Shown: positions 24,883 to 38,367, numbered from the stretch's first letter. The stretch: DNA of 64,000 nucleotides from Octopus sinensis (GCF_006345805.1 NC_043007.1:36518001-36582000); one strand, 5' to 3'. A program made the numbers and translations. Notes: a model not told the origin generated them from the letters alone.

Positions 24883-26639
24883 TGGAGAAAAAATTATTTT
24901 TTATCGTGAAAAAAGTGTACAAAATCATTTCATAATTAACTGATCTTCCTGTATTTTCTATTACCCAAAGCCAGGAGCTTTTCAGTACCCCGCCTCATAC
25001 GTAAGTGAGATGGTTCAGAGGATTGGATAGGATGGGTGAGTGGGTAAGTCTGTGAGTGTGTGAAAGGAGAGTGTAAGTTGGAGGGGAGGGGGATGCCATG
25101 AGTGGTGGACACAGGTGGTTGGAGGGGGGTGTTAAGATGAGTTGTAGAAGATGAGATTTTCAGAGACATTGTGTGAAAAGGCATAGACATAAAGAAATGA
25201 CATGCCTTTAGGGCCAGCTCAGGTGTCCACTTACCATGATGGCCACCACTAATGTTGTCTCAAATTTAGGAGAATATATCTAAATTAGAGTGTTGTTTGT
25301 CATATGACAGGTAACTTTGGAAATATACTTTTACCCCCACAGGTAATATCAGGAGATGAGTCATACATACAATAATAATTATTTAACTTTTATCAAATTT
25401 CTTGGTGCTTATTAATTTTCAAAAGAAAAATATCTTTATTACCTAAAAATAAAATGAAATAAAATAAAATAAATTTTCTTTGGTTATTTGTGATAAAAAT
25501 TGTTTTTCTAAATTTTATCAAATGTGATTGCAATTTACTCCATCAAAAAACTATCTCTGCAAAATTTTGAACTCCTGTAATTACTCTGTCATTTATTTCT
25601 TCTTCCTCCTCTTCTTCTGTCTCTATGATAAACACTGTATGTGTGTGTAGCATTCTTTTACTCATTGCCTTCCATCAAGCCTAGTATGTGCACTCATCCA
25701 GCATCTCTTATTTTAACTGTATCTCCTTTTTACTCTCTTCCCCCTTCCACTATCTTAATAATGTAAAGTATGACAGAAGAAGTCAACCAAACCAACATTT
25801 ATCTCACCTTTTATCATTAAAAATAGAGAAAACAAATTTTACTTGTTCACAGTCACATTTTTTATAAAGCTTATTATATAGATATTGCCAGCTTTCACAA
25901 TATTGACTCTTATCTCTAATCTGTCAGAATAATTCCAGCATATTTGAAATGATAACCCTCAGATGTTTACATCTACCTACATTCACATACATTGTAAAAC
26001 TATGACACTGCCGGCTTTCACTTCACATTATTGATTCTTACCACAAGGGGCCTTCCAACTTCTCTTCTTTCATATTATTCTAATGAAAATAACTGAGTGG
26101 CAAAGCTCAGTTGTCTTTCAGTAATATCTTTTGTAAAACTGTTTTGACATTTGAATGAAGTTTTTTTTCTTTCTTTTCTTTTGTTAGAACTAATCTAGTA
26201 TTGAACACAGCAGACACATAGTGTGGATGCATTTGTTGGCCAAAGTTGTCAATGCCAGCACAGAACATGTGTATTTCTTTAAAAAACCAAAAAAAAAAAA
26301 AAACCATCTAATTGTGAACACAGGCACAAATGCCAAAAGTGAATCAAATGTGAACAATTGCTTACTCACCAGTTACTCACAGTTGATTATCTTTTAAATG
26401 TCATATATGCCAACATCCAAAATATAACCAAAGCTCTCAAACTTACTATACACATCTCACAAACTGAGTTTTTTTAAATAATTTTTTTCTTCTTTTTTTT
26501 TTTTAATATATGTGTTCTGTGCAAGAGTTACCATCTTTGACAAAGAAGGGAGCCTCTATGCAGTCACTCAACTCGCTAGAAATAGCAGCCAAATCTCCCT
26601 CAAAATATACCCAGTATCCTGTAAAAGCAAACATGTTGA

Positions 26640-26900
26640 TAAATGTGGTCATATCCAGTTGCTGTATACCTTATCAGCATTATGCGCAATTTCATATTTT
26701 CACAATCTCCCCAGTATTGAAGGGGCCAGATAATGCAAGATGAAGTGGTATATGCCTTGACATACCAGGGATACTTGACATGTTGAATGAATAGAAGATT
26801 CGCAATATCTCCACCAATGCATTTTAGCCATTGTTCTGCCATGGCTTGATCACAGCCTATAGTTAGCATATGTTGATTGCTTTCTCATTAGACAATACAA
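26640..26900 (+). mobile_element. Highly decayed LINE C-terminal remnant
   Basis: NLPSIE...HVE*IEDSQYLHQCIL resembles PSIE...GHVxRMxDxRLP of the RTE copies in this window. Many stops. Confidence 0.35.
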
Positions 26901-27094
26901 ACAGGATCACTGCATTATCATCAAGCAGTAGGTAAAGGGCCTCACTTCCTCTGAAGATCCAACCATGTTGAATGAAAGAAAAACTAAGAGTGATCCAAAC
27001 CCAGCATTTACATTTTTTTTATTGGATCTTTACCTTTTGACCGACAGATTTAAAAAATAATCTTTTGTAACTAAACACTTTCAAACTTTGGACA

Positions 27095-27400
27095 CTGGTA
27101 GAATGTGTCATATAAAATATCTTTTACTCCTAGCGTTTTTGAGAAAAGCTTATATTTACGAAGTTATTTCACATTAAAGTTGTCGTATTTCGGTAATTTC
27201 AACCAATCAATGACGTGTATTCAACTGAATAAAATTACTGCCGTTGTTTGTCAACAAGAACTTCCGGCAGTGTATATTTCGTTTGTCACTGTTATTTATG
27301 ACAACCCTAACCCTAAAACCTTAACCCTGACTCTAAAACCCTAACACTAAAACCCTAACCCTAAAACCTAAAACCAGTACAAACACACAAACGATGTCCG
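27095..27400. mobile_element. Non-autonomous element with internal degenerate (CCCTAA)n array
   Basis: Interrupted AACCCTAACCCTAAAACC repeats at 27303-27375 inside non-coding repeat-like sequence. Family not resolved. Confidence 0.45.
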
Positions 27401-27404
27401 AAGG

Positions 27405-27821
27405 TGCTCGAAAAATAAGAGGTTTAAGGCCAATAGGCCAGATATAGTTGTCAGAGATCAAGAAGAAAAAAATGCTTTCTAATTGACGTATCAATACCAG
27501 CAGATGACAGCATTTCTCAAAAAGAAATGGAGATAACTCAAATGTGAAATCTAAAAACAGAAACAATTCCTATCATAGTGGGCGCAATAGGTATGATAAA
27601 AAAATATTCAGACAAATACATAAAAAAAACACCAGGACCTACAAATATATACAATATACAGAAAAGTGCACTACTGGGCACTGCACACATCCTATGCAAA
27701 CCACTTTCAATACAGTAACCATAAGAGCATCACAGCAAACCACAGCACATACCCAAGGTGCACAGAGCTGCGCTCAGTAGTGAAGTAAAAGCACGCTATA
27801 AAAATAAAACTGAATAACAAT

Positions 27822-27882
<61 letters not shown>
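27405..27882 (+). mobile_element. R4/Dong-clade LINE 3' end (restriction-like endonuclease domain) with (TAA)n tail
   Basis: NRPDIVVRDQEEK/CFLIDVSIPADD (PD..D motif), TIPIIVGAIG, QKSALLGTAHIL..LSIQ*, short 3' UTR, then a long (TAA)n run. Confidence 0.85.
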
Positions 27883-28904
27883 CCTTTCTACTACAGGTAC
27901 AAGGCCTGAAATTTTGGGAGCTGCAGGGGACTAGTCAACAACATCAACCCCAGTGTTTCACTGATACTCAATTTATCGACGCCGAAAGGATGAAAGACAA
28001 AGTCAACCTCAGCAGAATTTGAACTCGGAACATAAAGACAAACAAAATATCGCTAAGCATTTCATCCAGCATGTTAACCATTTTGCCAGCTCGCCACCTT
28101 AATAATAATAATAAATAGGCACGAGGCATGGAATTTGTGGGGAAGTGAAGTGGGGTAGCTAGTCAAACTTATTTTATTGACATCTAAAAGGTTGAATGGC
28201 AATGTTAACAATATTGGCAGGATCTGAGCACAAAATGTAAAGAATCAGAAGAAATACAACTAAGAATTTTGTCCGACTCACTGCCTTTAGCAAAATGATG
28301 ACGATGATGATCATGACGATGATGGTCATGATGATGATCATGACGATGATGGTCATGATGATGACGATGACAAAGTGTAAAATAATAAAAAGAAATCTGT
28401 TTCTATATTTGTTGATTTGAGAAGAAACATTTTTGCAATAATCATTCTCCTTGAGTCTTGGAGGAAAAAAGGACTGCATTCATATTCGTCTCTGATCATA
28501 GAACGGTCTTCAGTCCCAAGGACAAGAAGCAATGTCTGGCTACACACACACACACACACAGTATGTATGTATATATATATAGATAGAGAGATAGCTAGAT
28601 AGACAGATAGATAATGCATACAAACATACATTATATACATGTGTGTGTGTATATATATGTGTGTCTGTGCGTCATATATATATATATATATATTAGATAT
28701 AGATATAAAAGCAAGTACAATCAACACTAAAAGCAATAAACAGCGACAGCATCACTCACCTTGACAACAATAACTACGATGGAGATGATGATGGGACAAA
28801 TGGAGGGGGACCATTATTGCCTCGGGAGCAATGGATGAGAGTATATTGCAAGGATAAGTTAGAAAACAAAACAAAACAAAACAATGGTGATGATGAGAAG
28901 AAGA

Positions 28905-28952
28905 AGAAGAAGAAGAAGAAGTGGAAGAAGAAGTGGAAGAAGAAGAAGAAAG

Positions 28953-28983
<31 letters not shown>

Positions 28984-28988
28984 GGAAG

Positions 28989-29019
<31 letters not shown>

Positions 29020-29200
29020 GGAAGAAGAAGAAGAAGTGGAAGAGGAAGAAGAAGAAGTGGAAGAAGAAGAAGAAGTGAAGAAGAAGTGGAAGAAGAAGAA
29101 GTGGAAGAAGAAGAAGAAGAAGAAGAAGTGGAAGAAGAAGAAGTGGAAGAAGAAGAAGAAGAAGAAGAAGAAGAAGAAGAACAACAACAACAACAACAAC
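28905..29200 (+). repeat. (GAA)n polypurine tract punctuated by GTG
   Basis: Direct reading. Confidence 0.9.
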
Positions 29201-30321
29201 ACAACAACAACTTGTGATGGACAGTGAGCAATGACAACAGAACTAACAATAACAGTGATGACAATATTATTAACAATGGCACTTACAACAACAACAATAA
29301 CAATTAGACTGACAATGGCAAGAACAATAAGGAAGATAACAAGAATATGGGAAAAAGATGTTAGTAAATAAACAAATTTGCTCTAAAAGCTGGTCTGTTT
29401 GTTTGCCGATTTGAGAATTAATTTTTTTTTTTTTGTTTTTGATTTTGTCTTTATTTTTGCAATCGCAGTAATAATTCTCCTCGAGTCTTGGAGAAAAGGA
29501 CAGTATTCATAATGGTCTCTGATCAAGGAACAGTCTTCAGCGTCAAGGATGAGAAACAATGTTGAGTTTCCATGTCTCCATTGTCAAACACCAGACAAGT
29601 GCAAGAGCGACAGAGAGAGAGGGAGGGGGGGAGACAGACAGACAGAAAGAGATTGGAGAGGGAGATGGATGGAAAGAGAGGATGGGGGATACAAGAAAAC
29701 ATACAAGCAGATTTCGCTGTGTAACCAACACATGTATGCTTGTAAATGTGTACATGTGGCTATCTGTTAACAGAAATGCATATGTAGATGTGTGTGTTTG
29801 TATGTGTGTGTGTGGACATGCATGGACATAGCCATGTATAAGTATCTGTGTTGTCCATATATGTGTATAAAGATACAATCTGTATGTGAATATATATTAG
29901 ATACAGGCATGGCTGTGTGGTAAGAAGTTTGCTTCCCAACCACATGGTTCCAGGTTCAGTCCCACTGCTTGGCACCTTCAGCAAGTGCCATCTACTCAGT
30001 TTGACCAAAGACTTGTGAGTGGATTTGGTAGACAAAACCTGAAAAAATGTGTACTTGTGGATGAATGGATGCATAGATAAATACATCCATATATAGAGAG
30101 ATATACATACATACATATGCACACACACAAATTTGTGCATGTTTGTCCCCCATTACTGCTTATAAGTCAGTGGCAAGAGTTTCGTGCATTTGGTACTTAG
30201 CACACCAGTGCACAAAACTCTCAGCCCCTGAGTTACTCTATAATATCTGCCGATTGATAATATGAAAATATATCTCCTCACATCTTGACTTCTGTTTTCT
30301 TGCTTGTATCACCAAACCTCA

Positions 30322-30880
30322 TCATCATTTAACATTCGCTTTCCATGCTGGCATGGGTTGGATGGTTTGACTGAGGACTGGCAAGCCAGGAGGAATGCAC
30401 CAGGCCCCAATCTAATCTGGCAAAGTTTCTGCAGCTGGATGCCCTTCCTAATGCCAACCACTCTGAGAATGTAGTGGGTGCTTTTTATGTGCCACTAGGC
30501 AGGACTGGTATCAACTATGCTCAAATGGTGTTTTTTACATGCCACCAGCACTAGTATCAGGCATGCTCAAAAGGTGTATTTTACATGCATCAGCAAGAGT
30601 GCCAGTCAGACGGCACTGGCCTCAACGATTTCACTTGACTCAACAGGTCTTCTCAAGCACAGCATATTGCCCAACAATCAAAAGGTACTTTTAAATGGGC
30701 CAGCTATGCAACACTGGTATCAGCCATGGCTTGCCAGGTTTTATCAAGCACTGCCACGGCTTGCCAGGTTTTCTCAAGCACAAAGGACTCAGTTGCTTAT
30801 CATTGCCTCTGTAAGGCCCAACATTTGAGGGCTGTGCTTCACCAGCTCATTCCAGGTCTTCATTGGCCATGTATGAACAC
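30322..30880 (-). mobile_element. Older RTE 3' end (C-terminal coding remnant plus UTR)
   Basis: Reverse complement of KTW.E.VKHD-like coding sequence at ~30800-30865 and the family tail AGTGGTTGGCATTAGGAAGGGCATCCAGC. Confidence 0.75.
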
Positions 30881-31592
30881 TGACATTGGCATGTAAAATG
30901 CACCATCTGAACGTGATCGATGCCAGTGTCCCCTAACTGGCTCCTATGCCAGTGGCACGTAAAAAGCACTATCCAAACAGGATCGAAGCCAGGGCCACCT
31001 GACTGACTCCCGTGCTGGTGGCACGTAAAAAGCAGAGCTATGTTAGTTATGATCCCAAAAGGTTGAAATACAAATTCAGAGGTATGCAAGTTATGACATT
31101 TCATAAATGAATATGTCTATGTAAACAATGCAATTGAAGATAGAAAAAATAGGTAATTAGTGTAGATGCATATTTCAAGAGTTATTGTTCTTTCATCAGA
31201 ACCATATACAACCCATCAACAATCTATGATCATCACATTCCTTAAATACCTACTAAGTGTAGAAGTGTAGCAGAACTGGATAGTCCACTTACATATGTAA
31301 CACCTTCCTGCCAACTAGTACGTAGGTATTAATTGCTGACAAGGACAGCAGTTAATTTACAAACATATATAGAGAGATATATATATAACATATAAATTAG
31401 AGATAAAACCACTATTATGCAACTCAGTGATAGACATAAACCAATACATAAATAACAAATAATATATATATATACATATTTTTTTAATAATATATAACTA
31501 ATAACTAGATCTCAAAAAGTATAAAAAGAATGATAAATATAATATAAGTAAAAACACATATATATATATGTATGTATGTGTGTGTGTGTGTG

Positions 31593-31625
<33 letters not shown>

Positions 31626-32562
31626 ATGCACACACACATGTACATGCATATACATAGACATATTTATGCATATAAACATATATACTATATACACTATATA
31701 TATATATATATAACACATATATACTAAATATACTATAAATATATATATATACACACATACAAACATATATATATATACATATACACAAATATGAGAACAT
31801 AATATATGCACACACACACCATACACGTGCACACACACAAGCCATATACATACACATACACACGCACACATATATAGATACACATAAGTAAACATAAGCA
31901 CACACACACACACACACACACACACGAACATACATACAAATCTACATGTGCATACTTATATAACAAGATGTAAACTAAAGTATGATGTTTTGTAAAGTCC
32001 TACTAAATAAAAATTTCGCTGCAGCTGGGAGAACTTTTATTTGTGACTCACTGTAAAGTTTCCAACATTGCAGCAGTCAAGCTCTATGTGACTGGTGGTG
32101 GTCGTGGTTGTAGTGATGGCAATGGTGGAGGTGGTGTTCAAAATCACTGTGGAGTGTCTGGATGGGGTGGTTGGCGCCTACAGTAGCCTAATTTGCAAAC
32201 ATATGTATGTATGTATGTATGCATGTATGTGAATGTGTTTGTGTACACAACATACACCATACACATAGCCATAAACAACCTCCAACAGGCATGCATAGTG
32301 TGTGTGCGTGTTCATGTTTATATATATATATACATATACTAATACATATATATATAAATATAAATGCATATATATATATACATACATATATACACATATA
32401 TATACATGTATATACATATATGTGTGTATATATACATATATATACATATATCTATATAAGTATATACATATATATATATATACATATGCAGTTATACATA
32501 CACACACACATGTATGTGTGTGTGTATATGTACGTATTTACATATATATATATATATATACA

Positions 32563-32615
<53 letters not shown>

Positions 32616-32681
32616 ATGTATACGTCTCTCTATATATATATGCATATACATACATATATACATATATTTATATAAATATAC

Positions 32682-34275
32682 AAGGGTGAAAAGTCTGACT
32701 GCTCCAACTACCGGGGAATCACCCTACTCTCGATTGCCAGCAAAGCACATGCCAGGATCCTGCTCAATAGGCTAGTACCAACCATCGCTGAAGAAAACCT
32801 TCCCGAGAGCCAGTGTGGCTTCAGAGCCAACAGAGGCATAACGGATATGGTGTTCGTCCTCCGCCAACTCCAGGAGAAGTGCCGAGAACAAAACAGGGAA
32901 CTCTATGCTACTTTAGTCGACCTCACAAAAGCATTTGAAACAGTGAGCAGGACAGGACTATGGCTCATCCTGGAATGACTTGGCTGTCCAACCAAGTTTC
33001 TACAGATGGTGATCCAACTGCACGAGAATCAGCGTGGTCAAATCTGACTCAATACTGACCTGTTGGAGCCCTTCCCCATTTCCAATGGCATGAAGCAGGG
33101 TTGTGTCCTGGCACCGACTCTCTTCAGCATCTTCTTCGGTATGATGATCAAGCATGCAACTGAAGATATGGAGGATGAGGATGGAGTGTATGTTAGCTAT
33201 CGTCTGGATGGCAGTCTCTTCAATCTACAGCGCTTCCAAGCCCACACCAAGACCCAGGAGAGGCTGATCTGAGACATTCTCTTTGCAGACGACGCTGTCC
33301 TTGTCGCCCACACAGAGCGACGAACTCAGCAACACATTACGTCCTGCTTTGCAGACGCCTCGCGGCTCTTTGGCCTGGAGGTCAGCCTCAAGAAGATGGA
33401 AGTACTTCATCAATCTACACCCCAAGAAGAATACCGCCCACCCCACATCACTATCTGCGGTAGCAAACTGAAATCAACTCAGCCGTTTACATATCTGGGC
33501 TGCATTATCTCATTCGATGCAAGGATCGACAAAAAAATTGAAAGTAGACTCTCCAAGGCAAATAGGTCCTTTGGCAGACTGTACAAACGTGTTTGGCACA
33601 ATAATAACTTGAAGAACAAAACAAAGATCAGTGTCTACAGAGCCGTGGTTCTCACCACTCTTCTCTATGGCTCAGAGACCTGGATCACTTACCGCAGTCA
33701 CATACGTCTCCTCGAGCGCTTCCACCAACTATGTCTCCGCACCATCCTCAACATTCACTGGAGTGACTTCATCACAAACATTGAAGTCTTAGAGCGGGCC
33801 GAGATCCCCAGCATTGAAGCCATGCTACTGAAGTACCACCTCCAATGGGAAAGGCATGTCTCCAGAATGGAGAACCATCGCCTTCCTAAGATTGCCTTGT
33901 TTGGCAAACTCTCCACTGGCCACCAAGTGAGAGGAGCTCCGAGGAAGCGCTACAAAGACTGCCTCAAGAAGTCTCTAACAGCATGTCATATTAACCACCA
34001 ATGCTGGTCAGACCTGGCTGCGGACCGTGATGTCTGGCGCCACACTATCTTCAACGCAGTCAGCAAGTTTGAGGAACAAAGAAGAGATTCACTGAAAGAC
34101 AAGAGGTGCAAGAGGAAGGTTCGAGCTGCCTCTGACACCACACCGGATGTTACCTTCGTCTGTGGACACTGCTCACGGACCTGCCTTTCCCATATCAGAC
34201 TTGTTAGTCATGAGCATGCATGCACGTAATGTGGACAGCCTTCCTGATCTTCGTTCGCGAAGCCAAGCCATGATG
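32682..34275 (+). mobile_element. RTE-BovB-like LINE, 5'-truncated, RT to C-terminal C2H2-like finger
   Basis: One frame 32682-34229: SNYRGITLL, ESQCGFR, VDLTKAF, GMKQGCVLAPTLFSIFF, LFADDA, FTYLG, LYGSETW, CGHCSRTCLSHIRLVSHEHAC. Three TGA stops. Confidence 0.95.
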
Positions 34276-34531
34276 ACAAATATATACACATATATATACA
34301 TATATTTATATAAATATATACATATACACACACATATATATACATGTATTTATATAAATATATACATACATATATATATATACATACATACATACATATA
34401 TATACATACATACATATATATACACACACGTACATATATATATATATATAGATACATACATTCACATAATACACAAATATATACAAACACACACACATAT
34501 GTGCAGCCATACATACACACATACGTGTGTA

Positions 34532-34564
<33 letters not shown>

Positions 34565-35061
34565 ATACATATATATATACATAGATGTATATATATATAT
34601 ATATGTATGCATACACTCATAGATACACACACACGTATATATATGTACATATATTCATACACATATTATATATTCATAAGTACATACATACATACATACA
34701 CACACACACAAATATATAAACAGATGCATCCACCACCATCCTCACTCTCCCCCCACACACACACACACATACACTCCTACGCACATGTAACAGGTATCCT
34801 TTATGCCTTAATGAAAGAGCGAAAGTGACTGGAAATCAAAAAAGAGCGCATTTGAAGACAGAGTCTGTTATTTCACATTTCAAAGAGTTTACAGAGAATT
34901 TCTAAGGCATGTCATCTACCAAACAGCATACTTTCTTACAGAACCATCAGTATGGGAATAACTTGTAATCACATCCAAAACCATGAAAATTCTAGAAGCA
35001 GCATTGCTCTTTTCTAGGTAACATACATGTAAACACATGCATATACACACACACGTATATA

Positions 35062-35100
<39 letters not shown>

Positions 35101-35311
35101 TTAGTTTATGTATATGTTTTGCCATATATAAATATGTGTATATACATGTATATGTGTATCTATTTGTGTATTTGTATATGTGATTGTGTGTTTATATACA
35201 TACATATATATATATATATACACACATTTATACACACACATATCATCATCATCATCATGCAGACGCTAAACGATGATGATGATGATATGTGTGCGTGTAT
35301 ATGTATATGTA

Positions 35312-35359
<48 letters not shown>

Positions 35360-35494
35360 ATAATATATATATATATGTATGTATGTATGTATGTATATAA
35401 ACACACAATCACATATACAAATACACAAATAGATACATATATACATGTATATACACATATTTATATATGGCAAAACATATACATAAACTAAGAC

Positions 35495-35525
<31 letters not shown>

Positions 35526-36215
35526 GAAACCCACACACATGCAAATATATACGTATATATGCATGTAAGTGCATAAACATTATGTATTTATATATGCAGA
35601 TACATATATACATATTTATACACACACTCAGACGCATACATATATGAGAAAGAGTGACAGATAAATATATATACATACAAATATATGTTACACGTACGCC
35701 ATGCACACAGACACACACACGCACACCAGTACATACACAAACACTGTTTTTTTTTCTTTGCCTAATTAACCAGCAGCACACTTTGTCCCAGTTTCCCTTG
35801 TCCTATTTCTGCTTAAGCTTTAACACTTTATCCCTTTCAAGATGAAGCCTGCCAATGTTTCTATACTAAAAGGAAACGGAACCATTTTACGAGCTACGCA
35901 AAGAATAAAGGTGCTATTATTTATATAATCCTATAGATATATATCCTCATATACATATATATAAACACACACACACACACACGCATATACATACATATAT
36001 ATATATATATATACCACACACACACACACACACACACATGTATACATATATATATATACAAACACACATATACATATATATATACACACACACACATACA
36101 TATGTATACATATATATATATACACACACACACACATCTGTATACCTATATATACACATATATATATATACATACATATACATACACACATACACACACA
36201 CACACATACATATGT

Positions 36216-36271
<56 letters not shown>

Positions 36272-36953
36272 CACATTATCATCATCAACCTCATTTAATG
36301 TCTCCTTTCCTTGCCTGCATGGGTTGGATGGTTTGATTGAGGACTGGCAAGCCATAATGCTGTACCAGGCTCCAATCTGATCTGGCAAGGTTCCTACAGC
36401 TGGATGCCCTTCCTAATGTCAACCACTCAGAGACTGTAATGGACACCTTTTAGTTGCCAGTCAGGTGGTACCAGTATCGACCACGTTTGAATAGTGCTTT
36501 TTACATACCACTGGCACTTTACAGAAGAGACAAATTCCAGTGCTTCTCTATTGCCACCAGTTTCTCACTTGACACCGATTACAGCTGGACACAAACAGAG
36601 ATTTCTTTACCACAATGTCTCCAGTAATGAAAAGTCACCAGATTTTGACTTGGAGAAATCAAGTTAGTTTTTCAGCAATGGGAAAATATTACCTTGCTGG
36701 AAACAGGTGAGGGTTAAGAACAAGAAGAGCATTCAGCTGCCTAAACAGAATATCTGCCTCAACAAATTCTGTCTGGCCCATGTAAGCATAGAAAAGTTGA
36801 CATGGAGATAATGATAATGATAATGATGTGTGTGTGTGTGTGTGTGTGAGAGTGTATGTATGTGTATGTACATGTGTATATATATGTGACCTCGTGTGTA
36901 CCATTGGCGATTTTTTTCCTGTCTTCCCTTCTCTGGATCTTTCCTTCTCCTAT

Positions 36954-36988
36954 GTTTCCGACGAAGAGCTCCGCTCAAAACGTTAAAC
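36954..36988 (+). ncRNA. Hammerhead motif (family H1), core-mutated
   Basis: GTTT-CCGACGA-A-GAGC-TCC-GCTC-AAAA-CG-TT|AAAC. Element ~36885-37080 ends in TTAAC(TA)n. Confidence 0.55.
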
Positions 36989-37075
36989 CCTCCTTCTTTC
37001 CTGAGCGTCCAATAATACTATATTTGTTCCATGTCCTCGAATTGTTGTGTATTTTTTGTGCTTTCTTGTTTGGAT

Positions 37076-37117
<42 letters not shown>

Positions 37118-37284
37118 TAAATTAGAGACAAAACCACTATTAGGCAAATCAAACAATGAAAGACTTAATCCAATACATAAATTAATTTATATTATTTAAA
37201 TATGTAACAATTATTAAAAAATATAACTAATATCCACTACGATCGTTTCCTGGCTACTGTCATAGATATATAATAGTTATATTA

Positions 37285-37410
37285 TAGAGAGAGAGAGAGA
37301 GAGAGCAAGAGAGAGAGAGCATGAGAGAGAGAGAGAGCATGAGAGAGAGAGAGAGCATGAGAGAGAGAGAGAGCATGAGAGAGAGAGAGAGCATGAGAGA
37401 GAGAGAGAGA
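37285..37410 (+). repeat. Minisatellite (GA)n-GCAT, 18-bp period
   Basis: GAGAGAGAGAGAGAGCAT tandem copies. Confidence 0.85.
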
Positions 37411-37510
37411 TTGAGAAGGCGGGAAGAGAGAGGTACAGTCATATAGCATATGTGTATAAGTCTGTTAATGTTAATATATTCACTGAAGCAAATATTAAAA
37501 AGCTAATTAG

Positions 37511-37547
<37 letters not shown>

Positions 37548-37877
37548 CGTGCGCACGTGCATACACACCTATGTAAGTGTGTGTATGGTGAAAAAAATAT
37601 GACACTCATTAATGATGAATACTATTTCCATTTCCCCTATAAGAGAACACCGAACATGTTTCAGTCTTACTCTGACCTTATTTATAGAGAACAGTCTTTG
37701 TTAAATAGCAATCAATGACTCACTAAACAAACATAAGAAAGTACTGTATGCTTATTAGCATATGTAAATATACTTATTTACATATTAAATAACATTGCCT
37801 TAACAAATTTTATATATATGAAACACTGCAATGCTAATCAAAAATAAATAGGCTGTATATATTAAGAACATTAATAC

Positions 37878-38298
37878 CATCATCATCATTGTTTGACCGT
37901 GGTCGAGACAATGGAATTTACTATGCTACGCCAAACTTCACGGTCTATCATAGCATTACGGAGGTCCTGTTGCTGGATGCCTGTATCCCTGGAGATTACA
38001 TCAGGGTAGGAGAGTGTGCGCCCTCTGGTATCGCGAGTAGATGGCTTCCAGAGGAGAAGAGTAGAAATTTCCTCATTTTCAGCTCTACAACAATGTCCAG
38101 CAAACTGGACTCTCATACCTTTCACAAGAGATGATACAGGTGGTAGTTTTCCACATATTTGTATTTTGGTTGGATGACACTTCCACGGGAGATTTTGAGC
38201 TCTCATAAGGAGGCGAGTGTAAGTTCCATCCAAACTTAAAATCTTCAAAGCCACAGTCGAACCAATTCTACTATATGGCTCAGAAACCTGGACATTAA
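37878..38298 (-). mobile_element. RTE-clade LINE 3' end with inverted 5' segment and 10-bp TSD
   Basis: Minus strand 38233-37878 encodes LDGTYTRLL...FAGHC...DREVWR..STTVKQ* plus a (TGA)n tail. Plus strand 38232-38298 encodes KLKIFKATVEPILLYGSETWTL. ACATTAATAC occurs at 37868-37877 and 38292-38301. Confidence 0.88.
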
Positions 38299-38367
38299 TA
38301 CTAACTTTATTAGTTTCCATGTAAATGGGTTCTCTGAATTATGCATACACACACTCACAATAATAGG

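Noticed and set aside
27303-27375. Interstitial telomere or chromosome fusion site
   Set aside because: Short, degenerate, single-orientation CCCTAA units inside a dispersed element.
28752-29282. Poly-Glu/Lys/Arg/Ser ORFs
   Set aside because: Translation of a (GAA)n microsatellite.
31498-36298. Numerous YI/HT/CV-repeat ORFs
   Set aside because: Translations of (TA)n, (CA)n and (TG)n tracts.
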